64,000 nt of DNA from Gammaproteobacteria bacterium. GTDB taxonomy: Bacteria; Pseudomonadota; Gammaproteobacteria; Arenicellales; Poriferihabitantaceae. Within the stretch, counting starts at the first letter, position 1. Every line of letters starts with the position of its first letter. The notes beneath the pieces are model-generated. The model saw nothing but the letters and a program-made list of their open reading frames with translations, did no database searches and was not told the DNA's origin. The translations under genes and the position numbers were made by a program. Of this stretch, positions 20,446-28,692 are shown in pieces. The stretch is taken from NCBI GenBank assembly GCA_030432755.1, contig JAUILZ010000001.1, forward strand, positions 203,388 through 267,387, given 5' to 3'.

Positions 20446-23130
20446 TCAGCGGTGGGAATGCGCCCTGCCGAACCGGATATTGCCGACGATACCGTCTTCC
20501 GTAATCGACACCGACGTGGGCCAGCAACGAATGCCATAGGCGTCGCATATGCGGCGATCGGGGTCTGGTACGAAAGGCAGCTCCAGGCCGTGTTCACGCG
20601 CGAAGGCGGCTACCGTATCCCTGTCCTCTCCACCGTTGACGGCAATGACCATCGGGTTCGATGCGCCCGTGTCTTCGCCGTCACGGGGTTTGTCCCTCGC
20701 GACCATGGCCTCGCGCAGGGCGCGCAGGCAGGGGGTCGACCAGGACTGGCAGAACAGCAGCACAACGGCCCGCCCCTTCAACCTGCGCAAAGCCAGTTGC
20801 TCTCCGCCGATGGATTCGAGCAGCACGTCGGGGGCCCGCTGGCCCACGCCGACATGCAGGCTGAGTACGCGCTGCTCCGGCGGGGGCGCCGCAACAGTGT
20901 GTTTGCGAAGCGCCGCGGCAAACTCCCGGGGCTCCAGGCGGCCAGCCTGCTGCCAGGAGAACTCGCCCCTGGCATTGGTGAGAAAGGTTGCCGGCAAATC
21001 CCGCGCGCCAAATACCCGGGACCACCCGCCCAGGGTGTCCTCCACGATGGATACCTGTCCGCGGAAATCCGGCAGGCTTCCCAGCCTGCGCTCCAGCTCC
21101 CGGCGGGGCATGTTGAAGCTGCCTTCCGGGAGCACCAGGGCCATGGCCATCGGCGCCTCGGGGTGGAAGTTCCCGAATGCCTGGTTGAGCCCTTCAAAGG
21201 GCGCCCCCGCGTCCAGGTTGGCGAAATGGACGATGGTGTTGGCTCCGGTTTCCCCGGGGTTGAGGGTGATGGACTCGACATGCCCGAGGATGGATTCCGC
21301 CAGGATGTCTTCCGGGGGCGGGTCGACGTCCCAGATCGGTGCCATGATCCGGTCCCACCAGGACGGCATCATGAACACGAACTCCTTGCCCTCGACGCTG
21401 CAGGTATCGCCGCCCTCGGTAGGGTAAACGCCGCCGATCTGGGACGGCAGAGATATGTTGTAGCCGGGGTTGACGTAGCGGCCGCGCAGGTAGAGACAGA
21501 TCTGCGGCAGGTGCTCGATGTCGTCGGGCTTCGGCAGGATGAACCGGTGGGGGTCCGAGTGGCCCTCGGTGGTGCCGCTCCAGGGAATGAAGCTGATGCC
21601 CTGCTTGACCCAGGTCCATTCGAAGGTATCGATGATTCCGGCGGGAATCCAGCTCTTGAGCGCGCTGAATCCCTTGTCGTCGCCGGTGTGGGTGACCTTG
21701 ACCATGGGCTCCGGCCGCTGCCGGGTCCAGACAATGCCGTGGAGAATGATGCCATCCCCGGTGGCTTCCATGGAACGGTATTTCGCATGGGTATGACTGT
21801 CGAATGACTTGAGCGCGTCATCGATGCTGCCGGCTCCACTGAACACCTGGTCGATCTGGTTGCGTGCTGCATCGAGGGCATTGTCGCGCTCGGTAATGAA
21901 GGCGCTGGTCACCGCCGATGTGGCCGAGCCTTCCACCAGGCCGCCGAAGGGTCCATTGACGTTGACGTTGACGACAGGTTGTCCATGTGGCACGACGTCC
22001 AGTGACTGCGAGCCCTCGTCGAAGGTGAACTTGACGTCCTGCTGGATGGAAAACGAGCCGACGTTGGGCGCCCACCAGGCGGGTGTGGTGGAATTGCCAC
22101 TGATATTGATGCGGATCCGGTTGTTGACCCAGGAGGCCTGGGCCTGGTTGAAGTTCGTGGTGTAGGTTGCGGTGGCCGTCGGACTCGACACGGTGAACTG
22201 GGGATGGCTGGCCTTGATGGCATCGAGCTGGGGTTGCACCAGCGAAAGAACGAATTCCTTGCTTACCGCGATGGCGAACGAGTCGCTGCCGGCGACGAAA
22301 GCGTTGTTCAGCCCGCCAAGCGCCGAGTCGGGCGGCATCGGCCCGCCGGAGAGGTGGACGGGAAGCGCCACCACCTGGCTGTTGCCACTGCCGAGCGCCT
22401 TGAAGCTGGAAAACTGAAATCCCTGGGGCAGCTCGAGGTTGGTGGGCTCGAATCCCTTGCGTACCGCGCGGCGGATCTCCGATTCCAGCTCCGCCACCTC
22501 GCTGCTACTGAGCCCCGTGCCCGGCGCTGTCTCGAACTGGATATCGTTGTCATTCTGCGGGAATCCGACCTCCAGTAACCGCGTGTTGAACCCGGGATTA
22601 TCCACCACCCTCAGTTCGAAGCGGATATGCACGCTGCCGTGAATCGGATCCGGCAGAGCGGGTGTGCCGGGATCCGGAATGAAGTTGGCGCGTATCTCAA
22701 CGCTGCCATTGACCTCGCTGGTGGCTCCCGGAGGGAACTCCACGATCGGCGTACCGAGCTGCACCTGGGCGAAGCCGCTGATCTTGCTCGGATCCGCCGG
22801 CTGGAGCGGGGTCAGCTTCCACCCGTCCAGCGCCCGTGACAGTTCCGCGCTGATCCCCGGTGGCGCCTTTCTGACCAGCACGTCGGTCGAGGTCCTGGCT
22901 GCCTGAAGGCTGCTGTTCTGGAGCACCATGTGGTTCCAGTTCGCCAGTTGCGCGACGGGTTTGAACGACAACCGGGAGGGTTCCCCCACGCGCAGCGAGA
23001 AGCTGTGCTGGAAAGTCGGGGAATTCTCCGGGGAATGGCCGTTCTGGTGCAGGGTGCCCGCCACGCCGTTGATGACCCGGGTCCGGACCTGGACGAGCGC
23101 GTCGTAGTCGCCGGTGAGATTGTTTGCCAT
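20446..23130 (-). CDS. 894-aa protein: uncharacterised N-terminal region plus C-terminal thioredoxin/TlpA-AhpC-like domains
   Basis: C-terminus GQRAPDVLLESIGGEQLALRRLKGRAVVLLFCQSWSTPCLRALREAM...GIRCWPTSVSITEDG; upstream DLPATFLTNARGEFSWQQAGRL suggests a second Trx-like fold; no signal peptide seen. Confidence 0.75.
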   Translation of the reverse strand: MANNLTGDYDALVQVRTRVINGVAGTLHQNGHSPENSPTFQHSFSLRVGEPSRLSFKPVAQLANWNHMVLQNSSLQAARTSTDVLVRKAPPGISAELSRALDGWKLTPLQPADPSKISGFAQVQLGTPIVEFPPGATSEVNGSVEIRANFIPDPGTPALPDPIHGSVHIRFELRVVDNPGFNTRLLEVGFPQNDNDIQFETAPGTGLSSSEVAELESEIRRAVRKGFEPTNLELPQGFQFSSFKALGSGNSQVVALPVHLSGGPMPPDSALGGLNNAFVAGSDSFAIAVSKEFVLSLVQPQLDAIKASHPQFTVSSPTATATYTTNFNQAQASWVNNRIRINISGNSTTPAWWAPNVGSFSIQQDVKFTFDEGSQSLDVVPHGQPVVNVNVNGPFGGLVEGSATSAVTSAFITERDNALDAARNQIDQVFSGAGSIDDALKSFDSHTHAKYRSMEATGDGIILHGIVWTRQRPEPMVKVTHTGDDKGFSALKSWIPAGIIDTFEWTWVKQGISFIPWSGTTEGHSDPHRFILPKPDDIEHLPQICLYLRGRYVNPGYNISLPSQIGGVYPTEGGDTCSVEGKEFVFMMPSWWDRIMAPIWDVDPPPEDILAESILGHVESITLNPGETGANTIVHFANLDAGAPFEGLNQAFGNFHPEAPMAMALVLPEGSFNMPRRELERRLGSLPDFRGQVSIVEDTLGGWSRVFGARDLPATFLTNARGEFSWQQAGRLEPREFAAALRKHTVAAPPPEQRVLSLHVGVGQRAPDVLLESIGGEQLALRRLKGRAVVLLFCQSWSTPCLRALREAMVARDKPRDGEDTGASNPMVIAVNGGEDRDTVAAFAREHGLELPFVPDPDRRICDAYGIRCWPTSVSITEDGIVGNIRFGRAHSHR

Positions 23131-23158
23131 GGTGTTGCCTCCTTGGCCGGGTTTGCGG

Positions 23159-23668
23159 TCAGGTCAATTGGAAGTTGTTGCCGTTGCGCGCGAGGTGAAA
23201 GGTCGGACCCGCCTCGTCCTCTGCCTTGTGCCTGGTGACCGGCGGCAGCACGATGGTCTGGGATTCGGGGGCGAAAGGGGGATTGGCCGCCGTGACGACG
23301 GTGCATTCGCAGGTGATATCGCCGTAGCTCCGGCTGTCCAGGCCGGCGCTGACGGATTCGCCGGTGGCGTTGATGGCGGTGCCGCTATCCCCGCCGCGGG
23401 CATGGGGACCATCGATCTGCGGGTCGTTCGGGCCGCCAATGGTTCCCGTGTTGTATCCGGGGTCGATCTTCAGCACCTTGACGAAACGCCACTCGATGCT
23501 GTCCAGCGCCGGCGCGTCACCCGACGTCTGGTGGAGTCCGCCGTCGTAATTGAAATGCATCAGCGCGAGTCGACCTTCGCGATCGAGGACGCAGCCGGTA
23601 AAGGCGAACAGGAATATTACGGGGAGCAGAACAACGGGAATGAGCAGGTAGGACCAATCGAACATCAT
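23159..23668 (-). CDS. small membrane-anchored protein or candidate lipoprotein
   Basis: MMFDWSYLLIPVVLLPVIFLFAFTGCVLD: hydrophobic N-terminus ending in an FTGC lipobox-like motif. Confidence 0.6.
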   Translation of the reverse strand: MMFDWSYLLIPVVLLPVIFLFAFTGCVLDREGRLALMHFNYDGGLHQTSGDAPALDSIEWRFVKVLKIDPGYNTGTIGGPNDPQIDGPHARGGDSGTAINATGESVSAGLDSRSYGDITCECTVVTAANPPFAPESQTIVLPPVTRHKAEDEAGPTFHLARNGNNFQLT

Positions 23669-23754
23669 GCCGTCCTCGTGGAGGGTTATGCCCTCGGACC
23701 GCACGACATGGCCATGCGATCCCGCTTCCTTTCACCCCTGCCCGGACCCGGGCC

Positions 23755-24486
23755 TCAATGAATCGCGAGATATCCGGTCGCCCCGGAGAGGATCATCAGT
23801 CCCGCAATCCATCCATGGGTATTGATACCCAGTATTCTGTCCTGTACTTCGCGCAACGGCTGCAGAACCATCCTCGCCAGGCCATAAAGCAGCAGCCCCG
23901 TGAAGAACACCGTGCCCGGCTGAGGCAAGGTATACCACAACTGCAGGGTGGTCACAAACAACGCCATCCCCGCGAGGGATTCGAGTAACTGGCTTGGATA
24001 CCGTGGCCGCCACAAACCATCCCGTCCGGGCAGCTTGAGCGCGATGGGGCCGCTGGTGATTCTTCCTGCGCAGCAGCCATGCAGCAGGCAGCCGAACTTC
24101 GCGATACCGAGCCCGAGACACAGCGCCGGCGTCAATAGATCCCAGTAGGCGAGCCAGTCAAGCGACAGCGCGGGTAACACCAGCGTGGATGCAGCAATCA
24201 TAGCCGCCAGTCCGCCGAGCAATGCGGCGCCGCCTGATGATCGCCGGAACAGGGCAGCCGGGTGACGACGATAGTATCGGGCATGGTGCGCGGCGTGCAG
24301 CAGTCTGACGCCCGCCAGGCCGGCCAGGAGGAGGAGAAGGGTTGCCGCAAGTACCGGCCAGGCCGGCAGGCCCGCAACCTCCGCCATCCGGCGCATGAAT
24401 ACAAACGCGGCAACTGCCGCAAGGTAGAGCAGGACCGTGTGGCTGTATATCCTGGTGCCGCGCCATTCGAGCAGGACAGGGTGCAC
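23755..24486 (-). CDS. prolipoprotein diacylglyceryl transferase (Lgt)-like protein, atypical
   Basis: N-terminus MHPVLLEWRGTRIYSHTVLLYL; LGIAKFGCLLHGCCAGRITSGP; RYPSQLLESLAG. Confidence 0.75.
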   Translation of the reverse strand: MHPVLLEWRGTRIYSHTVLLYLAAVAAFVFMRRMAEVAGLPAWPVLAATLLLLLAGLAGVRLLHAAHHARYYRRHPAALFRRSSGGAALLGGLAAMIAASTLVLPALSLDWLAYWDLLTPALCLGLGIAKFGCLLHGCCAGRITSGPIALKLPGRDGLWRPRYPSQLLESLAGMALFVTTLQLWYTLPQPGTVFFTGLLLYGLARMVLQPLREVQDRILGINTHGWIAGLMILSGATGYLAIH

Positions 24487-24497
24487 GGGGAACTCGT

Positions 24498-24926
24498 CTA
24501 GACGGACTGCAGGATTCCCAGGGTCATGAGACTGGCGCCGACGCAGATCGTGATATCGGCAAGGTTGCAGATCGTGACGCGTGGAATGCGAATGAAATCT
24601 AACGTGGCGCCGCGCAGCGCCAGGTCCATCCCGTTACTCAACGCGCCACCAGCCGCCAGCGTCAGTCCGGCGGTGTACAGCGGGTTATTCAGCGAAAAAC
24701 CCAGTGACGTAACGTTGAACACGCAGAGGACAACCATGGCGATGGCAGTGACCAGGAGGAATCGGCGACCGACCAGACCGAAACCCAGCCTGGGATTGCT
24801 GCGCGGCCGTACCATTATCGCCGGTCCGGGGCGCAATGGGCGACAGGATTCGATCCCGGCGACCACGAACTGCTTGCTGGCCTGGTCCGCCAGGACTACG
24901 ATGACGAGTACGAGGAACCACACCAT
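24498..24926 (-). CDS. signal peptidase II (LspA)-like protein, short form
   Basis: ADQASKQFV; GGALSNGMDLALRGATLDFI; CNLADITICVG - all three LspA signature regions with both catalytic Asp positions present. Confidence 0.75.
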   Translation of the reverse strand: MVWFLVLVIVVLADQASKQFVVAGIESCRPLRPGPAIMVRPRSNPRLGFGLVGRRFLLVTAIAMVVLCVFNVTSLGFSLNNPLYTAGLTLAAGGALSNGMDLALRGATLDFIRIPRVTICNLADITICVGASLMTLGILQSV

Positions 24927-25180
24927 GCCGCCTGCCTCCTTGTCTGCGTGTTCCGCAATGGTTGCGCGGAAGGACCATTTTACCCGAACTAAATGCAGTA
25001 CATTGACATGGGAGTCAATTGCCGCCGGTTCACAACTGGCACGGCCTGCAGAAACGCACAATTGGGGTGCAGATTTACCTCATTGACGATACCGCCAGAG
25101 GTCCATAGAGTTTGACGCTCCGGCAGGACACGTTGCCATTGCCGGGATTCACACCAGCCACTTTCAGGGAGTTATCAGGA

Positions 25181-25840
25181 ATGAAAAACACGACCACAGT
25201 TTTGTCCGGCGCCATCTTGCTGCTACTGACCGCCCCAGGTCTGCACGCAGCCGGCGAACATCCAATGGGTTTCTTCGTCACCAGCGTCGGCATCGGCAAT
25301 GGCGCCAATCTTGGCGGGCTCGAGGGTGGTGACGCTCATTGCGCCAAGTTGGCGGAGGCCGCCGGCGCCGGTGACCGCACCTGGGTCGCCTATCTCAGCA
25401 CCCAGTCCGAAGATGGCCAGACCCGCGGCATCTCCGCCCGCGACCGTATCGGCATCGGACCCTGGTACAACGCCCACGGCGAACTGATCGCCAGCGATCT
25501 GGACGAACTGCATATCGCGCCCAACATCTTCAAGCGCACCGCGCTGGACGAGAACGGCAACCTGGTCAAGGGGCGCGGCGACAAGCCCAACGAGCACGAT
25601 ATCCTGACCGGCACCAAGGAAGACGGTACTGCCTATTTCCCCTGGGAAGAAGGCGACCATACCTGCAGCAACTGGACCAGCTCAGCCGACGGTGAGGGGA
25701 GCGCCCAGGTCGGTCACCACGATCGCCACGGCGGCGGCAATACTTCATGGAATTCCACCCACGCCTCGCGTGGTTGTAGCCAGGCCAATCTCCAGTCAAC
25801 TGGCGGAGCAGGCTTCCTGTACTGCTTCGCGGCGGACTAA
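25181..25840 (+). CDS. secreted protein, DUF1554 / C-type-lectin-like fold candidate
   Basis: Signal peptide MKNTTTVLSGAILLLLTAPGLHAAG; GLEGGDAHCAKLAEAAGAGDRTWVAYLSTQ; ASRGCSQANLQSTGGAGFLYCFA. Confidence 0.7.
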   Translation: MKNTTTVLSGAILLLLTAPGLHAAGEHPMGFFVTSVGIGNGANLGGLEGGDAHCAKLAEAAGAGDRTWVAYLSTQSEDGQTRGISARDRIGIGPWYNAHGELIASDLDELHIAPNIFKRTALDENGNLVKGRGDKPNEHDILTGTKEDGTAYFPWEEGDHTCSNWTSSADGEGSAQVGHHDRHGGGNTSWNSTHASRGCSQANLQSTGGAGFLYCFAAD

Positions 25841-25932
25841 CCTGTAGTTACGGGTTCCCCGCGTCGTGAAAGCCCGTGCATGGCCCGTGTCCGGATAGTA
25901 GTATTCGGGATGGTCAACACTGACTTCATCCC

Positions 25933-26232
25933 ATGAAGCGACACTCCCAGGATTTCAACGGCGCCGTTATCTCCCTCCGCATCGAGGGCGACGAGTATAG
26001 TCACGACCTGGTGGCGCCGCAACTGGTGGACATGGGGGGCCGGATGTTCGTTGTCGGCGAGGTGCCGGCTGGCGCCACGGTATCGGGCTGGACCGACGGC
26101 ACCGTTTCCGGGGTGGCCTGGGACAAGGTCATCAACTATGTCGTCTTCGAGTCCGTGAAGAGCTACTACGCCGCGATCAGCGAGTCAGACAAGTACGAGG
26201 AGATGGCCGCCGGCGACCGCCGGCACAACTAG
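25933..26232 (+). CDS. hypothetical protein, 99 aa
   Basis: Intergenic ORF with coding-like composition; no family recognised. Confidence 0.45.
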   Translation: MKRHSQDFNGAVISLRIEGDEYSHDLVAPQLVDMGGRMFVVGEVPAGATVSGWTDGTVSGVAWDKVINYVVFESVKSYYAAISESDKYEEMAAGDRRHN

Positions 26233-26373
26233 AAGCGGCCTCATAAAAGCCTGCGCTTGGCGATACTTCGTTGAACCCGGCCTCAGAATGCTCGTGTACT
26301 ACTTGTACACTGCGCTTCTTCGGCCACGTTCCCCTCGTCTCACCGGCGCTCGGCTGCTTTTGAGACCGCTTCT
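26231..26373. repeat. intergenic imperfect inverted-repeat element (~143 bp)
   Basis: Ends AGAAGCGGCCTCATAAAAGC and (reverse complement) AGAAGCGGTCTCAAAAGC; internal perfect palindrome GTGTAC-TACTT-GTACAC. Confidence 0.65.
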
Positions 26374-26382
26374 AAAGCGGCG

Positions 26383-27147
26383 CTAGCCGCGGTAGTCGAT
26401 TCCCTTGCGATCGAGCATGCGCACCATGGAAAGCCAAGAGCGTACCCCCGGGGGCTGCGCCTCGGGCGCGCCGCCGTCGTGGAACAGTTCCCTGACGATG
26501 CGATCGTCCACCAGGATGGGCTCCTGCCCTGACGCGAGTACGTCCACCTGGATCTTGCAGCTCATCTCGAGGTAGTAGAGATAGTAGAAGCATTCCGCCA
26601 CGGAACGGCCCACGGACAGGAGGCCGTGATTGCGCATGATCATGAGGAAGTTGTCGCCGAGATCACGCGCCAGGGCCTCGCATTCGTCCGCCGCCTGGGT
26701 CACGTCCTGGTAGTCGTGGTAGCAGACCGTGGGCAGGATCGAGTTCGAGTGCTGGCTGAGGGGCAGCAGGCCACATTTCATGGCGCTCACCGCGACGCCC
26801 GCGCGGCTGTGGGTATGGGCTGCGAAATGGATGTCGGGCCGCGCGCGCAGCATCGCGCTGTGGATCAGATGGCCGGCGAGGATCGGCGGGAAATCCCCCG
26901 ACACCAGGTTGCCGTCGAGATCTATCTTCACCAGGTTGGCCGCGGTGACCTCGTCCATCAGCAGGTCGTCCGCCTTGATCAGGTAGTGATTCGGTTCGCC
27001 GGGCACCCGTGCGGCCGCATGGGTATAGGTGAGATCGGTCCAGCCGAAATGGGCATACAGGCGGTAGAGGGCGGCGAGCTGTTCGCGAGCCTCGGCCTCG
27101 GTGGCGGCGGGCACGAGCCCGGATTCGATGACGGGTGGTTTGTTCAT
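26383..27147 (-). CDS. class II aldolase/adducin family protein
   Basis: FGWTDLTYTHAAARVPG; HFAAHTHSRAGVAVSAM; MRNHGLLSVGRSVAECFYYLYYLE. Confidence 0.9.
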   Translation of the reverse strand: MNKPPVIESGLVPAATEAEAREQLAALYRLYAHFGWTDLTYTHAAARVPGEPNHYLIKADDLLMDEVTAANLVKIDLDGNLVSGDFPPILAGHLIHSAMLRARPDIHFAAHTHSRAGVAVSAMKCGLLPLSQHSNSILPTVCYHDYQDVTQAADECEALARDLGDNFLMIMRNHGLLSVGRSVAECFYYLYYLEMSCKIQVDVLASGQEPILVDDRIVRELFHDGGAPEAQPPGVRSWLSMVRMLDRKGIDYRG

Positions 27148-27164
27148 GGCGGTCTCTGGATGGT

Positions 27165-28073
27165 TCAGCCGTGCAGCAACAATAATATGATCCCGCCGCA
27201 GACGAGTACAATGCCCACGGTTTCCGCGATGCTCACCTTTTCACGGAAAAACAGCGTGGTCGCGACGAAGGTGAACACCAGTTCCACCTGGCCCACGGCG
27301 CGCACGAAGCTCGCGTTCTGGATGGTAAACGCGGTGAACCAGCAGATCGAGGCCAGCGCTCCCGTCACGCCCGCGGCGCCGGCCCAGCGCCATTCGCGCA
27401 GCACCCGGCCGAATTCCCCCGGCTCGCGCAGGAGCAGATAGCCACCCATGATCAGGGTCTGGATCGCGAGGCTCACCAGCAACGTCCAGGCGGCTGCGAT
27501 GACAAAGTCGTCGACCGCCAGCGCCAGCGAGGCGCCGCGGAAAAACACGACCGATCCGCCGAGCCAGGCGGCGCAGACGAGTCCGATCAGGGTGGGCTTG
27601 CGGAACAGGCCGGCAATAAGGGTGGCCACGGACAGGCGGTTCTGTCCCAGCGACAGTGCCACCACTCCGAGGGCGGAGATGCCGATCGCGAGCATCGCCC
27701 AGCCGTTGAGGGTGTCGCCGAGCAGCAGCGCGCCGAGGATCGCCACCATTACCACCTCCAGCTTGGAGAAGGTGGTGCCCACGGCGAAGCTCTGGAAGGA
27801 AAACATCCACAGCAGGAACACCGTGAACATGATCTGGCAGACACCGCCGAGCAGGCAGAACCAGGCGAAACGGGCGTTGCCGGCGGGGATCTCGTGCACG
27901 CCAAACCGCAGCAGCAGCCACAGGTAAAGCGCCACGATGGGCAACGCGTAGAGAAAACGCGCATAGCTCGCACCCACGGTGGAGAGCCGGCCCTTGAGAT
28001 GCTTCTGCAGCGCCGAGCGCAGGTTCTGGAAGAACGCCGCGGCGATGGTGATGAAGATCCAGGTTTCCGGCAT
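27165..28073 (-). CDS. EamA/DMT family transporter
   Basis: ~300 aa, ten hydrophobic segments, LEVVMVAILGALLLGDTLNGW. Confidence 0.85.
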   Translation of the reverse strand: MPETWIFITIAAAFFQNLRSALQKHLKGRLSTVGASYARFLYALPIVALYLWLLLRFGVHEIPAGNARFAWFCLLGGVCQIMFTVFLLWMFSFQSFAVGTTFSKLEVVMVAILGALLLGDTLNGWAMLAIGISALGVVALSLGQNRLSVATLIAGLFRKPTLIGLVCAAWLGGSVVFFRGASLALAVDDFVIAAAWTLLVSLAIQTLIMGGYLLLREPGEFGRVLREWRWAGAAGVTGALASICWFTAFTIQNASFVRAVGQVELVFTFVATTLFFREKVSIAETVGIVLVCGGIILLLLHG

Positions 28074-28091
28074 GAAGGGTATGATCGGGGA

Positions 28092-28664
28092 ATGCGCAGA
28101 GTGTACCCGCGAATCTCCGTAACCGCGCTCGTTATATTGATCTGGACGACGTGGTTGCCATCCGCCGCGATCGCCTCTCCCGCCGGGGTGATTCCCTATG
28201 CCTGCATTGACGACGAAGCGTACGTCCTGCTGGCCTTCGATCCGGCGCCTGGCCGCGTTGGATACGGTGCGTTCGGCGGCCGCGCCAATGCCGGCGAGAG
28301 CCTCGCCGAAACCGCCGCGCGGGAGATGCGCGAGGAGACGCGCTGTGCATTCGAAGGTCCGTCGGCGGCGGAACTCGCCGGACTAGCGCCCAGTATCAGC
28401 GACGGGTATGCAAGCTTTGTCGCCGAGGTGCGGTGGATACCGCCCGCGGAAATTCCTGCCAGTCCCTGCGAGGTAGCCATCGAACGCGCCGACTGGTTGT
28501 GGGTGAAGCTCCCGGATCTTGTCGCCGCGCTCGATACCGGCGATGCCAGGCCGCGTGCGTTGGCGGCGCTGGAATTTCGCTACATCAACCTCTGGGAAGG
28601 AGCGGCGGAGTCCTTGCGCGCGGCCCGTAGAGACGGGCTCCTCGGCGACGCGCTCTGTCGGTAG
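28092..28664 (+). CDS. NUDIX hydrolase-like protein with predicted signal peptide
   Basis: Signal-like MRRVYPRISVTALVILIWTTWLPSAAIASPAG; NUDIX box GGRANAGESLAETAAREMREET. Confidence 0.75.
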   Translation: MRRVYPRISVTALVILIWTTWLPSAAIASPAGVIPYACIDDEAYVLLAFDPAPGRVGYGAFGGRANAGESLAETAAREMREETRCAFEGPSAAELAGLAPSISDGYASFVAEVRWIPPAEIPASPCEVAIERADWLWVKLPDLVAALDTGDARPRALAALEFRYINLWEGAAESLRAARRDGLLGDALCR

Positions 28665-28692
28665 ATTTCCTAGGCCCGGGTCGGCGGGGGAA

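Noticed and set aside
25037-25050. TGGCACGGCCTGCA as a sigma-54 promoter for the secreted lectin-like gene
   Set aside because: GG-to-GC spacing is 2 bp too short for a functional -24/-12 element.
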